From: Octopus vulgaris
Taxonomy: Eukaryota
Assembly: GCA_951406725.2 (NCBI GenBank)
Contig: OX597816.1
Location: 69,936,001 to 70,000,000 of the forward strand
Length of the DNA stretch: 64,000 bases
Reading direction: 5' to 3'
This document shows positions 42,413-57,788 of this stretch, piece after piece. Below the pieces are notes generated by a model, which was given only the letters and a program-made list of their open reading frames with translations, searched no databases and had not been told where the DNA came from. Within the stretch, counting starts at the first letter, position 1; the number at the start of each line of letters is the position of its first letter. The position numbers were made by a program, and so were the translations under genes.

Positions 42413-42509
42413 ACTACAGTTGCTGCTGCCTAAGCAATCTGTTTGACTGCGTAGTTACTGTTACTGGATTCCTCGCGTTACTGTCGGAACCAGCCCAACG
42501 CGACTGTCA

Positions 42510-43492
<983 letters not shown>

Positions 43493-43498
43493 TTTATC

Positions 43499-43812
43499 GC
43501 AGCGTGGAAAGTGTTTATAAGCCATTTAAGAAACACACAAAAACCGTTAGATTCACTTCAACATTTAAATTTAATTCGCCAAAATATTTTCGTCGTTTTG
43601 AGACCGCGACCTGCAGCACGGAATTTTGTTAGTGAACAGGTCGCGGTCCCAAAGCGACAAAAATATTTTGACAAATTAAATTTAAATGTTGAAATGAATC
43701 TAACGGTTTTTGTGTCTCTTAAATGGTTTATAAACACCTTCCACGCTGCAATTATTTTCGTTCCAGCACGCGATCTCAGATCAGGTCACTTGGTATGAAA
43801 GTATATCTCCGT
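43499..43812 (+). mobile_element. Short PLE-type palindrome, G3-C8 hammerhead family, copy 1 (decayed)
   Basis: Arms 43499-43612 and 43637-43749, tail to 43812; GTGAACA core present but G12 is mutated. Confidence 0.75.
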
Positions 43813-43985
43813 AAATACTTTATTTCCCAATCCAAAAATTCAAGAAGATAAGCCCCTCCAATATATACAAACTTCACAATCACAAAAACTGTAAACCACC
43901 GCAAAACTTTAAAACACAAAAAGAGGAAAAATTTTACAAATCGAAAAAAAAAACAATCCGAGGATTCAAAAGTTCAGCGATGTAA

Positions 43986-44043
<58 letters not shown>

Positions 44044-44045
<2 letters not shown>

Positions 44046-44371
44046 GGAGATGTACTCGCATAGCAAGTAATTTGATCTGAGATCGTATGCTGAAATGAAA
44101 ACAATTGCAGCGTGGAAGGTGTTTATAAGCCATTTAAGAAACACACAAAAGCCGTTCGATTCACTTCAACATTTAAGTTTAATTTGTCAAAATATTTTCG
44201 TCGCTAAAATCCGCGACCTGTTCACTGTCAGCACGGATTTTTGTCAGTGAACAGGTCGCGGATTTTAGCGACGAAAATATTTTGACAAATTAAACTTAAA
44301 TGTTGAAGTGAATCGAACGGCTTTTGTGTGTTTCTTAAATGGCTTATAAACACCTTCCACGCTGCAATTGT
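44044..44371. mobile_element. Short PLE-type palindrome, G3-C8 hammerhead family, copy 2 (127-bp perfect arms 44101-44227 and 44245-44371; tail 44044-44100)
   Basis: Arms read as exact reverse complements by eye; 17-nt spacer. Confidence 0.85.
44240..44289 (+). ncRNA. Minimal type I hammerhead-like motif, G3-C8 core variant
   Basis: TTTGTCA-GTGAACA-G-GTCGC(GGATTTTA)GCGAC-GAAA-ATAT-T-T-TGACAAA: 7-bp stem I, 5-bp stem II, palindromic stem III. Confidence 0.75.
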
Positions 44372-44501
44372 GTTGCATATGTTGATTCGTTAGCTACTGC
44401 ACGCATTTTTTCTCCTTCTTTCTGTTTTTCTCTCTGTGTATCTTTCTGTTGAAGAGCGTAGGCTCGAATTGTTAAAGACTTGTTTTATTTATATTTCCTG
44501 A

Positions 44502-44553
<52 letters not shown>

Positions 44554-45709
44554 ATCGCTTGTAGTACTTAACAGATTTGACCTCTGTTGACCGAAAGGGT
44601 GTGACGCTTCTTTTGTCCCTTGATCGCACTAGGAATGCAAAGTCCCATTGTTGATCTCACCATCTACCGAACCTATTTTCAGACCCGTGGAGTTTGGTTA
44701 ATTCACCAGGCTGCTTCTCTTTCTCCATCTGCTCCAACCCTCACATATTTATGATTATTTCATGTACAAGACAAAAGTTAAAACTAAACAATATTTAATA
44801 ATACCACACAGTAATTGGAGCAAACTTAGCAACTCAAGACGGTTATTATACCAGTGGTTGTAGAGGCGCTGGAAATGATCCGTAAAGTAACTGAAAAATA
44901 TTTGACTCTGGTTCTGTTCTGATGAGTATTTTTTAGCTGCTGCAAGTGTTGTTAGGATTTACGTTTATTGTTCAGGGATTCTGATGATTTGCAATAAAAC
45001 TTCGTTAATTGTCAAGAAATCTATCGTTTTTATTGAACTTTCTATATGTACTGTTCTGTATTTAAGTAGAGAAAGTTGTTGCTATTACTTTTTGTTGTAG
45101 CTCCGCATTCTGGATTAATCTTGGATTGCAAGATGTTTGGGCAGAGACATACCAATCTTTACATCTTTTTATTCGATTCATAATTAATGTAAGTCGAGTG
45201 GGAAAACATCTTCCAATATGTCCTTCATCATTTATAATAAAGTGTACCTGATATGAGGGAAATTGATTACTATTTCTTGCAGATCAGCTGATTGTCTCCA
45301 TTCAGAATCTGTTGGTCATTTACGTGTGCTAGAAATTTTGAGCAAGGGATACCTTGCATAATGATGTGGAGGAGGAGAAGAAAAAGTATGGATGTGTATG
45401 TGTACACAGCCTCTAGAGTGTGGTCATCACCTCACTTTGGATGAAATCTGCAATATATATAAGAAGTGCCACAAAAAATTATCAACGTTACAACCAAATA
45501 GAGAATGTAGCTTGGGAACCAGATATTTATCTGGTATATTTCTCAGTGTGTATGTGTGTGTGTGCGTGTATGAGTGTTTGCGTGTGTACCCGCGAAGAGA
45601 CAGAGAGAGACAGAGAGACAGAGACAGCGAGAGAGAGGAAAGGCAGTGCAGGTGGCTTGACTAAACAATAAGAAATTACTAAACTTGATATAAAATAGAT
45701 GCATGGACA

Positions 45710-46092
45710 TGGAAGCACTCCGTCGGTTACGACGACGAGAGTTCCGGTTGATCCGAATCAACGGAACAGCCTGCTTGTGAAATTAACGTGTAAGTGGTTG
45801 AGCACTCCACAGACACGTGTACCCTTAACGTAGTTCTCGGGGATATTCAGCGTGACACAGAGAGTGACAAGGCCGGCCCTTTGAAATACAGGTACAACAG
45901 AAACAGGAAGTAAGAGTGAGAGAAAGTTGTGGTGAAAGAGTACAGCAGGGATCACCATCATCCCCTGCCGGAGCTTCGTGGAGCTTTAGGTGTTTTCGCT
46001 CAATAAACACTCACAACGCCCGGTCTGGGAATCGAAACCACGATCCTATGACCGCGAGTCCGCTGCCCTAACCACTGGGCCAATGCGCCTCC
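45710..46092 (-). mobile_element. SINE family C, tail type 3, with target-site duplication
   Basis: Family C head; AATAGATGCAT repeated at 45694 and 46093. Confidence 0.85.
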
Positions 46093-46849
46093 AATAGATG
46101 CATACATGGTGAATCTAAAGCTAAACTCATTTTCGTCTCTTTGTCTATCACTTAAGTGACATTTCCTTATCACTGACGCAACTAGACGAGCAGCACCATG
46201 AAATGTAAAGCCAAAACTATGCCTGCACTCTGGGTTTCCATGGCTGATTAAAGGTTTTCCATGCTTCCTTGTTTTTCCTTATCTTTCATTGAACAATTTC
46301 AGTGATCCATTTTGAATTTTCTTTGGAAACATCATTCAGATGCATTACGTTTGATCAGTCACATAACTCAAACAACTAAAAGAATAACGTAAAAGAAAGT
46401 GGAGTGGGGTATGAGTTTTGTGTAGATATCACGTTTCCAAATTAATGATGTATTTGAATTAACAAAGAAATACATACGTCAAAATAACACAGTTAATCAG
46501 GCTAAGCAACACTTAATATATATTTTATAATTATCATTATTTGCATCAATGTTGCAAATTGATTCGATCAAGCAGATATTAGCCCTATAGCCATAAACAT
46601 CTATTGTATTACAGTGGCTCTTTAAATGTCATTTTGTTTTTCGGGATCTTTTCCCAGACGATAGATAATTGCATAAGTAGGAATATCTTGTTATTGTCTG
46701 ATTGACAAAGTAGAAGGCGTCAATCTTCAGAAATACTTCAATTACTAAGGATATATAAAAAAAATATACTGATACAAACGAAGGGACCACAATGCAAATG
46801 AGAATACATGTGAGCTACGAGACCAATATTCGTTTTTCCACTCGTACAT

Positions 46850-47490
46850 CACGAAGGAATTCCCTAGACTTAACCAAAACCACACAGATTGTGGCGACAC
46901 AGTTGGGTACCGAATGTGCTGCATTGGAAACTGTGCAAAAAATGGCGGCTAGAGAGAGACGCTGGACGTGGTGTGCGCACAAATTGCGGAAAGTGGGGGG
47001 AGTCGGGGACTAGCAAAATCTTCTGGGATTCCCAATCCAAACAGATCAGGTGTTAGAGCATAACAGACCGGACCTGGTGGTGATCGACAAGATGCACCAC
47101 ATGTGCTATATAGTTAATGTTGCGTGCCTCTTTGACCAACGGTTAGTCAAGAAGGAAGGCGAAAAAATAGATAGCTACAAAACTCATAAGTAAGAAATAG
47201 CCCGGCTATGGAAAATGAAGAAGGTGAAGATAGTGTCAATTATTGTTGGGTACTTGGGGACATTATCAGACGGCATCAAGGGGTATATTTTTAAAAAATG
47301 GTGAGTGCCCAGTAGAACTGTTTCAAAAGGTTTGCCTCCTTGTCACGGCCACAATAATTATGAAAGTATTAACTAGTTGAAAAGAATAGATAGCATGAAA
47401 CCGTAGGGTGCAAGCACCAAGCCTGGTGCGCATTCAAGGCTCCAGGAGTTCCAATGAAACTTGACGTGAGAAGAGAGAAGTAAAAATAAT
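46850..47490 (+). pseudogene. R4/Dong-like LINE 3' remnant with (AAT)n tail
   Basis: WDFPIQTDQVLEHNRPDLVVIDK...VNVACLFD...EKIDSYK...EIARLWKMKKVKIVSIIVGYLG (PD-(D/E)xK restriction-like endonuclease). Confidence 0.85.
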
Positions 47491-47506
47491 AATAATAGTA
47501 ATGATG

Positions 47507-47542
<36 letters not shown>

Positions 47543-47546
47543 TAAT

Positions 47547-48139
47547 ATGCCCTGATGCAGTACCAAGCAGTGGCTCTCATGGCTTCTGATCTTAACTGAT
47601 TGGAAGTGTTATCATGTACATTGTTTTGTCTTGGTATAAAAGATGGGCTACAGCAAATATTCTGCTCAATACCACAGATTTGCTTGTCAGTTGTTTGACC
47701 TTAACCAGTTGAGCATGTCCCTTAGTGGCTGACGATATGTGCATCTCTGATCACGAGCAGAAGTAGTGGGGGAGCATCATAGCCATGTGTTGAGAGGGAT
47801 GCTTTGGGGTTTGAATAGTTCACCTCAGGAAACATGGGTGGTTCTTTCAACATCCTTAAACAACCCTTATTCGGGGACCGTTTGAGCGGGATGGGCTACT
47901 CAACCTGAAGAAAATTCAAACTGGGCCCCACCTGCAAGGTCATGTGCTGTTTATCTTGATATGAGATCACCATGTCGCGCACATATGGTTGTGATGCATG
48001 TGCCTGGTGTACCCTTATCAGACGGGTAGTCATGATGGGTATATTGGGCTTCGTATATTTTACCCCAGTGTCACTTTGATGGCATGCACTGCTCTCTCAC
48101 TCAATAATAATAATAATAATAATAATAATGATAATAATG

Positions 48140-48224
<85 letters not shown>

Positions 48225-48819
48225 TGAAGATGATGATGATCATTATTATCATTATTATTATCACTGAGTGAGAGAGCAGTGCATGCCATCAAAGTGACAC
48301 TGGGGTAAAATATACGAAGCCCAGTATACCCATCATGACTACCCGTCTGATAAGGGTACACTAGGCACATGCATCACAACCATATGTGCGCGACATGGTG
48401 ATCTCATATCAAAATAAACAGCACATGACCTTGCAGGTGGGGCCCAGTTAGAATTTTCTTCAGGTCGAGTAACCCATCCCACTCGAAAGGTCCCTGAATA
48501 AGGGTTGTTTAAGGATGTTGAACGAAACACCCATGTTTCCAGAGGTGAATTATTGAAACCCCAAAGAATCCCTCTCAACACATGGCTATGATGCTCCCCC
48601 ACTACTTCTGCTCGTGATCAGAGATGCACATATCGTCAGCCACTAAGGGACATGCTCAACTGGTTAAAGTCAAACAACTGACAAGCAAATCTGTGGTATT
48701 GAGCAGAATATTTGCTGTAGCCCATCTTTTATACCAAGACAAAACAATGTACATGATAACACTTCCAATCAGTTAAGATCAGAAGCCATGAGAGCCACTG
48801 CCTGGTACTGCATCAGGGC

Positions 48820-48821
<2 letters not shown>
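47547..48821. mobile_element. Two ~555-bp copies of one interspersed element, tail to tail (47547-48103 plus, 48265-48821 minus), around an (AAT)n/(ATT)n core
   Basis: Arms are reverse complements with scattered substitutions; both start ATGCCCTGATGCAGTACC and end GCTCTCTCACTCA next to AAT repeats. Confidence 0.9.
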
Positions 48822-48883
<62 letters not shown>

Positions 48884-49769
48884 GTCCTTCCCTTTCTACC
48901 TCAATATTCGAAAATGTAAACAAACTTTTTATTTTAAGAACACTACAGATTTCCCTCTTCGGACATACAAACGATCTTCTTTAGAAAATTTAAAATCTTT
49001 TAATATCTACAATTTTCTGTGATAACTTTACTATTCTTTTCTTTCCTTTCACCCTGATTATTCGACAATGTAAACATAACATGCTTTTTATTGCAAGAAC
49101 ACTACAGTTTTCTCTCTGCGGGCATACAAACGATCAACTTTACAAAATTTAATATTTCAATATCTACAATTTTCATTGAACATTTTACCCTTCTTTTCTC
49201 TGTGACTACACGAAAATGTAAACATATCTTTTGTTGCAACAAATTAAGCGCACGATAAATATTAAGGAGATAAGCACCTGCCAATATATGCAAACTTCAA
49301 AGTCACGAAAGCTCTAAACCATAGCAAAGCCTCTAGAATGAAAAGGAAAATTCAAAATAACCAAAAATTCAAAAGTTCAACGATGTAAACATCAGTATAA
49401 ATATACTAATATTTTTCTATCAGTAATTAAAAACAGAACAAGGTGAATTGCTTCTTTCCAAGGCGAAGGTCAGTTCTCTCATTGATCGTTAGTAGTTGTA
49501 AACACATTTTACCTCTGCTGGCTGCAAAGGTGTGACACTTCTTTTGTCCTCTGATCGCACAGGAATGCGAAGTGCTATTTTTGATCTCCTTCCCACGATC
49601 TACCGAACCTATTTACAGACTTGTGAAAATTGGTCTATTCATCAAGCTGCTTCTCTTTCTCCTGCTATCTCCTCCAACCCTCACATATTTATGATTGTCT
49701 CAAGTACAAGACAAAAGTGGAAACTACACAGCATTTAATAATCCCACACAGTAGTAAGAGCAAAGATGG

Positions 49770-50290
49770 CATCTCAAGATGGTTACAATACCAGTGATTG
49801 TAGGTGCACTTGGAATGATAAAAAAATAGGGACTAAAAATTATTTAAGAATCATCCCTGGATTATCATCAATGCAGGAAGTACGAAAGCTTGTATTAACT
49901 GATACGTCACACGTATTGAGATGAACGTTGTCACTATGAATTTTCTTTCCTTTTTGTCCTTTCTTTTTTTTTGTTTACATTTATATTTCTTACATTTTAT
50001 TTCTATCCTTCTCCCCCTTTTTTCTATTACATGACTTTGTAAATGAAGTGGCAGATACGAAGATTGTGGTCAATGAAGGGAGTAGACGTGATACCAATAG
50101 TAATTGGTGCATATGGAAGTATCAGCACTCAACTACCAACGTGGCTGAAAAAGATCGGTGCAAGTGTGAAGGTAGAACACCTACAAAAATCAGCATTGCT
50201 TGGAACTGCAAGAATTTTTCACAGGGTTCTTGAAGCATCGCCAGTAAACAAGTAAAATAAACTGATAGTTTTCTTCACATGATAATAAGG
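49770..50290 (+). pseudogene. Two R4/Dong-like LINE C-terminal fragments
   Basis: HLKMVTIPVIVGALGMIKK and KWQIRRLWSMKGVDVIPIVIGAYG...LQKSALLGTARIFHRVLE. Confidence 0.8.
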
Positions 50291-50370
50291 ATAATAATCC
50301 ATGGATGGAATTTGTAAATATGTGAAATATTTTACTACGCATGGCATATTTTTATTGTCAATGTTATTAT

Positions 50371-50423
<53 letters not shown>

Positions 50424-50995
50424 CACACACACAGAGGTATTCAAAACCCGATTTCATTTCGCTATATCTTAATAAGGAAAAGTAATAGAAAACTCCAGCT
50501 AAGTCACAAGTATTTACTCACAATCAACGTTTATTTCCTGTCTTCAATGTAGCTACCGCCTCCAGCAAGGACAACATTAGTTCGATAAGAAAATTAGTTT
50601 ATTTTCTTTTCTCTCTTTTTTTGGAGCTGTAGTGCAGCATTTTGCTGTATTAGTGTTTGTATTGTGCGTTGTGAGTGTAATGCGTTGGGTAATCGGTTTA
50701 CTGGTGGTAGTTTATTTCATTGTATATTTGCTATACACATGTATCTTGGGTTCGTGGATTATTTTGTTTAGATTGTATCATTGAATTGATAATGTTTTGC
50801 GTAGAATGTGGGCTGTTCCTAGCATGGCTATTTTTGGATAGTGTCTGCGTCTTAAATTTTCAACCTTTCACCCTTTCACCCTTTCATCCTTTCACCCTTT
50901 AGGGGTCTATGAAATAAGTACCAATTACACATTGGGGTCGATATAATCGACTAGACCCTCTCCTAAAATTTCAGGCTTTGTATTTTTAGTAGAAT

Positions 50996-51048
<53 letters not shown>

Positions 51049-52296
51049 GATGGTGGTGCTGGTGGTGGTGATGATGAGGGTGTTTGTGGTGGTGATGGTC
51101 GAAGTGGTGGTGTTATCGTTATTGCCTCTCATCTGTAAAAACAACTATGTATGTTGTCATTTTAATGCAAGGAGCACATACGCGTGATTATAATTGAATG
51201 CGATATACTTAAAACTTTGCATTATAAAATTATAAAGCGAATTCTCGGATGGAACAAATTACACGCTCAAACACTACATTGGTTTCTCTATCTGCAATCA
51301 ATTAGATATTTACTTTTAATCTAATTACTTCCACAGCGTTATCTATAATTAATCAATTAATTAATTAGATAATTATTCTATCAGAGTTTAGGATTTTCAG
51401 AATGCTGTCGACTTCAAGCTACCAAACATTTCACAAGTATATATATACCAGTGTTTCAACACGTGACGAAAAAGCATTCAAATTATTTTAGTTATACGTA
51501 TTCGGGATTTTGAAAACAACTTGTTCTTTTCGCCATGTTTGACTTTAATTATAAATTGACAGTTGCGGTGTTCTGTTCTGATACGAGCGATTAATCCTTT
51601 ATGTTAAATGATCAAAGAGTCTGACAAAATATATTTTACTAATTTCATTCACCATCAGGATGGTCGATCGATCTAAGCTGTCAAGTACAAGGTGCAATGC
51701 ATATCTTAATCAGAATTTAGAGTTTTCTAGCTCACGAATTTTCGGTGTTAGACTGACACGTGATTTTAATAACAGTCTCGCAGCAAAGTCACAGCCTATA
51801 GATGAAACCAATGAAAAAATGACAGTAACAGAGTCAATTTGACAGAGTCGTTACTGCGTTTCTTGGAATGCATAGAGATTTTTGTTCCGACTCATACGCT
51901 CTAATTTCACGTCCAGCTCAGTCAAATTGGCCTGTAATCATTGTAGGTTCAAGAAAATATAGGAGACGCCCTTCGGTCGTGAATGACCATGGGGTTGCAC
52001 CTAGAAAGTTACCCTCCGAGGCACAAGTCCGGGCAAGGTTGTTTATGGAAGGCCAGCAGTCGCCCATGCATACCAGCCTCTCCTCTTCACACCACTCATA
52101 TTATCCAAGGGAATGACATTAATATAGGTGAACAATTTAGTGGAACTGTTTAAGGGCAAAAAGTTCCGACTCCTTGCTTTCTGGTAGCAACGCTTGTAAC
52201 AACATTGTTGCCGTGATGCATCTTTCTGTCTCTGTATCTATCTATCTATCGATGAATTTATCTACATATTTAACTCTCTATCCGTACATGATTATC

Positions 52297-52441
<145 letters not shown>

Positions 52442-52683
52442 ATGTATATAGATAGATAGATAGATAGATAGATGTGTTGGTGTGCGTGTGTGTGTGGGTG
52501 TGCGTGTGTGTGTGGGTGTGCGTGTGTGTGTGGGTGTGTGTGTGTGTGTGTCCTTTAAGTTTGTTTACGGGAAACGTTTTTGAATAATCATATAAATGCT
52601 CCTATTTTATTACGCCAGCTACAGTTTAATAATACCAACTGACAGTAACAGTCTAGGGCGGTTGCTGATATAATGTAGGATAC

Positions 52684-52741
<58 letters not shown>

Positions 52742-52744
52742 TAA

Positions 52745-52815
52745 TTGATGAAGGCTGGATGGTATATCAGTCGAAAAGTTGTGTTAACAAACAAGACCAG
52801 GACAAATATCAGCAT
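52745..52815 (+). mobile_element. Degenerate copy of the 13608 hammerhead-bearing fragment
   Basis: TGATGAAGGCTGGATGGTATATCAGTCGAAAAGTTGTG...ACAAACAAGA..AGGACAAATATC. Confidence 0.65.
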
Positions 52816-54329
52816 ACAATATTTGTTGATCGCTACCCAAGTATAATTACTCACACATGATTTAAAATAGAAATATCCATTGTTAATAAGTCGGGTTGCT
52901 CGAAGAATATTAAAAATAGGTAATGTAAGTTACCAGCATATAATATCTTTCAATCCATATCCAAAAGTAAATACTCACATCGGATTTAAATGTGAAATAT
53001 CAAGTTTTAATAATGCGAGTTGTTCCAAAAATATCAATATATGTATTGAAAGTTTATCAAAATCTAACATTTTCTAATCCTTATCCAAGTAGAAATAGTC
53101 GCATCGGATTTAAATATGAAATATCGAGTTTACGCTAACTATTTTTATTAGGTCCATTCCACGAACAATTATTTGAATAACTCATGTCGATATCTCGAAC
53201 ATATGTTGCGTGAATATTAAAAAAATTAGAATTTATAAATTATATCGTATAAATTGAAAGATATCCGTCAGGGTATATTACATAAAGGATCGAATAAATG
53301 TATGAATTATATCAATGTAGTAAGAGCTTCTGGCGGGCGGGCGTCCGTATGAAGACCTTTCGTTATATAGAGACCTTACTGTTTCTTTTTCTTCTAAAAA
53401 TTACAAAAGTTGCGTGTAACATCGAATTTTAAGTTTTACCTTATAGTAATTCCAGTTCTTCACTGCAGGGATTGCAGGGGCTTAGCGCCGACCCTGCTGT
53501 AAACAAATTTATGCTTTAGGGTTAAAATTAAGGTTAGTATTTCGTGAATATGATGTTATTGTAAATATTTACCATATTTTTATCCAGACACATTTATGTT
53601 TATCAGCAACCAATCCTTGTGTGAACGTGTTGGTGTAAAGTACTTCTTGCATAGCTTGCTGGCAATTCATTGGATTAATCCCAACAAAATACTACAAGTT
53701 TAGTCACTGGCTCAGCACCTATGTTTGTGTTCTTCATTCCAAAATAATAAAGACTTCAATATACTTACAAAATTGAACTTCGGCCATGTGTATCCGCGTG
53801 CGTATGTGCGCAAGGTGTCTATGTCTGGGGGGAGGGATAAGTGCGCAAGAGAAACATTTATGGAAATGTACTCATAAAATTCTATTAATATAAGATATCT
53901 TTCTATGCTACGTTTGCAATTCTTCATATAAATGATAGTAAAGTGTGTATCAAATGAAATTAAAAACCTGGTTCAGAAACAGATCGATCAAGTTAGTAAT
54001 GTTTTAACCTTTTTGGTAACAACATATTCTCTCCTCTAATTAAATATTGAAAAAGAGGAAAAAATGCCACCCTCTATTTTTGCAAGAGAAATTAATTTTG
54101 GCTGTAAGGATTAAACCTCTTGTTTCATCATCACAATTAAACGGTGTTTATCTTTACTTTTAAAAATAAGAGGTGGGGTCGTAGACGTATAACGAAGAAT
54201 TATTTAATATCGTGTTTGCTTCTATCAGAATCTTTTACCATTATAGCGAAAAAACAAAACCGATGTATATAACGGGTATGTAAAAGATATTTCTGTTTAC
54301 TTTGTCTGTTCATTGTAGAAATTGTTATG

Positions 54330-54870
54330 CGCGCGCGCACACAAACACGGAAATTTTCCAGATATTTAGCTGTTATTTTTAGCAGTTCATTTCCAGTTTT
54401 AGGCAACGAGATTGGGTGTCGAGGGGTTTGTGGATCAATTTTGGAGCTCTTCATAGATAATTTGAAATTATTTTTTCCCATATTCATAATCTCCGTGTTT
54501 TTCCACGTAGACTGAAAAAAAATTGAAGAAAAGTTTATAATCTAAAATTTGTGAGGTGGGGGAATTCAAAATCTTGAAACCATGTTTTTTTGCATATTCG
54601 GAATATCCGTCATCGAAAACAGAAATCAGCTGAAAAAAAGAATCGGAAAGGTCGTATGGGAGGCGCCACAGCCCCACCCCTATATGGGCAAGGCACAAAA
54701 TGTGACACACCCCCAGAACTTCTCCTCCACCCAACCCCTAATGAAAAACCTACATGCCAAATTTGATACAGATTGATCCAGCAGTTTGGCCGTGCATAGC
54801 GGAGACAGACACACGCACGGAAGGGAATTTTATAGAAACACACACACACACATTCTTAAGAGATAAGATT
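54330..54870 (+). mobile_element. Helitron/Helentron-associated non-autonomous element-like remnant
   Basis: 3' part ATGCCAAATTTGATACAGATTGATCCAGCAGTTTGGCCGTGCATAG...CAGACACAC resembles DINE-1/HINE-type ends. Confidence 0.45.
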
Positions 54871-55054
54871 GTGCAGTGTCCGTTTGATTGGAAAATTTCT
54901 ATAAGTGACTGAAGATTGCTCCAAATTTTTAAAACTGATGTAATACTTACAGTGTTTAATAAAATGAAGTAGCATGAAACAATTGTACCACTCTACCTCG
55001 GATATACTTGTTGCTTATTTTGATTATTCATATATATATATATATACACACATC

Positions 55055-55340
55055 CAGGGTTGGCAAAAAGTCATCCGACAGCAGTAAATCAAAATTCCAT
55101 AAATACTTAATATTCAATTTTGTTTATTCATTCCAATTATGAATGTTGAATAATTAAATGCTGTTCGTTAAAATCACTGTATTTTTGCTATGTCTTTTTT
55201 TTTTTTTTCAACATTTGTCTATTTATTAGCGAAGTCTCATATATAATTAGCGAAGTCTCATTCATTCAGTTGTTAATCATATATAAATCTTGGAATTAAA
55301 TGGTTTTGATCTACCGGCAATTGACTTTTGACCAACCCTG
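55055..55340. mobile_element. Tc1/mariner-type MITE
   Basis: TIRs CAGGGTTGGCAAAAAGTCA and TGACTTTTGACCAACCCTG; TA after the right end. Confidence 0.8.
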
Positions 55341-56651
55341 TATATGCATATAGTAAGAAATATATGTTACTGGATTATACTTCCAGAGAGACTGAACTCA
55401 GTAGATTTGGGTAAGAATTTTATTGAGGATATTGGTGTATTCCCTGCCGGATAGAATCAGACAGGTATTCACGGTGAGGCGTTGAGGGTTAATATATCAG
55501 TAACATATCGTGTGTGGTGTATGTGTCTGCTTATTTTTATATTCGAGTCTACACGTGTTTTATTGTGAACCTCAGTGCTTCTATTTTATGCGTTGTTCTT
55601 CGTATCAGTCTGTACGTGTCGGTTTGCCTGAATGCGTGTGCAAGTAAACTCGTTCATGGGTGTTTGAATGAAAGGGGAGAAATTATGAATCCAAAGAACT
55701 GGATATACTTGAGGGTCTTTACGGAACAAAACACAGGAATGGTGTGTGTGTGTGGATATATATGTATTTGTGTTTGTGTGTGTGTGGATATATATATGTG
55801 TGTGTGTTTGTGTGTGTGTGTATCTATATTTGCAGTTTCCTGGAGACAATCAAAACTAAAGGAAGTCAAGTAAAATAGGTTATCCTACTTGATATGGAAA
55901 AGTATTGCAGGCAAGTAGTTTTACATAAAATAGTTTGTAACGTTTATATCTAGCCTTTTGGTCCGTTTGCCAACAAGTAAGCAGAAAGCAAAGACGAAGA
56001 AACACATAGAAATTTAATACGGGGAGCGTAATGATGTGGAAGTTAATATCTCTTTACATAGGTCTACCAAGTGAAACAGAAATAAAACCCACATTTATTA
56101 TAAAAGAATGACTGAATTTTATGATAAATAGCTCAAATGAAGATTTCTCGAAAGCATGAACAAAACAAGAATAGAATATAAAGAACTTACAGTGCCTTCA
56201 AGTGTTCTTCATAACGATATATAGTTGGACGTTTTCAGCTTCAGAATTGAATCATAAATAAAAGCTGTTACCATAAATATTGGTTTTCGGATTCAAAGTT
56301 GCAATATTGGTAACTGATGGAATATCATATTTCTTACAAATGGCTTTAGAAAATAATAATAAATGGTTGATTCTTCTTTTCTTTATTGCTATTTATTTCA
56401 GTTGTATTTATTTTTATTTTTATTTATATGATCATTTATATTTCTTTAATTATTTATCAAAAATTGACTTGGAAACAAGAAAGCATTTTGTGTCAGTTCT
56501 ATACTTACTTAGAGTATTAAGAACTGAAATAACGGTTTTAATTATGAGGCGTATGCGTTGAAGTTAGTGTGGTGTTGTTGAAGGTATAGCAACTGTGCTT
56601 ATGATGCAGTCAAAACTATTTATCTGAGAATTTGTAATATAAATCATCAGG

Positions 56652-56682
<31 letters not shown>

Positions 56683-57719
56683 AGAGATAGAAAGACCAAT
56701 AAGACAAACAAACACACACAGAAGAGAAAATTAATATTGTTTTACACAATATATTGTACTTCGAAAACCTATTGTATATCATCTTAGAGAATTGATGTTA
56801 CTTCGTTTGTCACTTCTCTCTAAGCTAAAATATATTTATTTCTATTTTCCTCTATACATCTACATTAGATGCATTAATGCCTGAGTGGCTCAGAATTTTG
56901 TTTCGTAACCAGTTAGAATTTAGATCGATCCCAATGCGCAGCACCTTCCACAAGAAAGTGGGCGGATCGTTTTCAAAACAGAAAAATATTCGGCAACAGG
57001 TTTTGTGCGTGTGTTTTCTATCTAGGCATACATGTGTTCACATTTATACACAAGTCTACATTTAAACACGCACGCATATACACGCATATGGCTGTCCAAG
57101 AATTTGGACCTGGAGATCTCCATTTCCAGCGACTTCGAGGGCCACCTCCCAGTGGCGTCGGGCATCAACGAAGAGCCCTCGACTACAACAAGACGACCAA
57201 CGTTTTTTTTTTTCCAAGGTCTGGGGTCTCCCGCCCCTAAGACCTAGACCATCACCTAATCATCCTTACCTGTCTTGTTGCTTAACAACAACAACTACTA
57301 CATGCATATTTGCATACATACAAAAGGGTAAAAAAAAAACCTCCTTTGTTACGAATGACCATGAGATATCACCTAGATAGTACCACCTCCGAGGCAGATG
57401 TCCGGACAAGAAAAATGGAAAACTCAATGCAAATTTGCCTTGTTTTAGCATTTAAATGATGCTATGATGATGACTAATGTAGCATACCAACATTCCCTTT
57501 GATCGGATGACTATTCCGTCGCAGGGTTACCCATTGACAGCTAAGTGGACAGAGGCAATGTGAAATTAAATATTTTGTTGAAGAGTAAAAGGCGCAGCTG
57601 GTCTGAGAGCAGGATACACCTAATTACTATACCACACACACACACACACAAACAAATACATAGACACACAAATGAACAAACATATGCACACGTGTGTATA
57701 TGTAGATAGATAGACATAC

Positions 57720-57788
<69 letters not shown>

